DNA of 7,067 nt from Zygophlyctis sp. KS116 (lineage: Eukaryota; Fungi; Chytridiomycota). Under the pieces are notes generated by a model. It saw only the letters and a program-made list of their open reading frames with translations. It was not told the origin of the DNA and searched no databases. The position numbers and the translations under genes were made by a program. The stretch covers positions 1 to 7,067 of the forward strand of contig BAAFSQ010000419.1 in assembly GCA_054661495.1 (NCBI GenBank). The letters run 5' to 3'. Below are positions 6,547-7,067 of this stretch, one piece after another. Position 1 is the first letter of the stretch, and every line of letters begins with the position of its first letter.

Positions 6547-7067
6547 TTATGCTTTTTCATTTTTTTTCAGAATTTCAAGTATAGTTTCCAAGATTTTTGG
6601 ATTTCCACCAGCGCTCAGTAGCAATGCAACTTTAGCGAAATCCAGATCATCAATATTTACCAATTTACCCAATGATTCCAATGGAGGAAGAGAAAATTTC
6701 TACAAAATTATCAACATTTTTTACTTACGTTAACACTACGCTGGGATCTTGACTCTATCGATGAATATGTTTCCAAGTCCATAGAGCTACAAATAAAATT
6801 AAAAGACTCAGATCGCAATAGATTTGAAATCGGCCCAATAAGTTTAGAAACATCTACTCTGCCTATTGTGAAGGGAATATTGATATCATCCAAGCAGAGG
6901 AAGATATTGGGGTTTCCACAATCATTAGCAATCAATTGTATTGCATATTTTATATCAATTGGAAGGGAAGAGAAGTTTTTTCTGAGCTCATCCTGAAACT
7001 GTTTCCATGATACTTTTCTCGAATCTATAAAATAACTTGAGTTAGCTCGTATATAATTACGAGTATA
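6547..7067 (-). CDS. 3' end of a CRN/RHS-type P-loop NTPase (STAND/AAA+-like) gene; 5' part lies outside the window
   Basis: Exons 7067-7061, 7035-6729 and 6699-6547. Translation: YS|YFIDSRKVSWKQFQDELRKNF...NIFLCLDDIN (Walker B-like)...FNFICSSMD (sensor-like strand)...SQRSVN|KFSLPPL...LLSAGGNPKILETILEILKKNEKA*. The Walker B / LPPL / GGxP.hLE order is typical of CRN-type NTPases. Walker A is not in the window. Confidence 0.7.
6700..6728 (-). other. 29-nt intron (NTPase gene)
   Basis: gtaagtaaaaaatgttgataattttgtag; joins RSVN to KFSLPPL. Confidence 0.88.
7036..7060 (-). other. 25-nt intron (NTPase gene)
   Basis: gtaattatatacgagctaactcaag, with a GCTAAC branch site. Splicing gives xYSYF. The unspliced frame is also open, so confidence is lower. 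Confidence 0.7.

Noticed and set aside
6488-6733. 81-aa plus-strand ORF
   Set aside because: Antisense shadow of the last NTPase exon.
7046-7063. 6-bp hairpin ctcgta-tataat-tacgag over a splice donor; also the palindrome agcgtacgct near 3086-3094 and T/A inverted runs in intron 2230-2255
   Set aside because: Short enough to arise by chance in AT-rich DNA and not shared by other introns.
1-7067. Ciliate origin or alternative genetic code; CRISPR, tRNA, rRNA, transposase or terminal inverted repeats
   Set aside because: No in-frame TAA/TAG/TGA occurs in the spliced TMEM94 CDS, and TAA and TGA both act as stops. No repeat array, RNA gene or element termini were recognisable by eye.

Overview
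AT-rich, very compact eukaryotic genomic DNA using the standard genetic code, most plausibly from an early-diverging, chytrid-like fungus (inference). The six-frame ORF track is fragmented by tiny GT-AG introns: 16 introns of 23-30 nt (mean ~26) can be read by hand. The centre holds a complete 13-exon TMEM94/ERMA-like P-type-ATPase-related gene (minus strand, 5529->1770, 1149 aa). It is surrounded by Crinkler (CRN)-type material. At the left end is the 5' part of a CRN-header gene with a mitochondrial-presequence-like leader (587->1). Next come a decayed CRN C-terminal relic (~590-1430) and a decayed kinesin motor fragment with an intact GQTGSGKT P-loop (~1464-1693). On the other side, a header+REase CRN gene with two lesions (5576-6481, plus strand) starts only 46 nt from the TMEM94 ATG. 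The right end holds the 3' end of a convergent CRN-type NTPase gene (7067->6547). Family assignments rest on motif recognition from memory; no database search was run.
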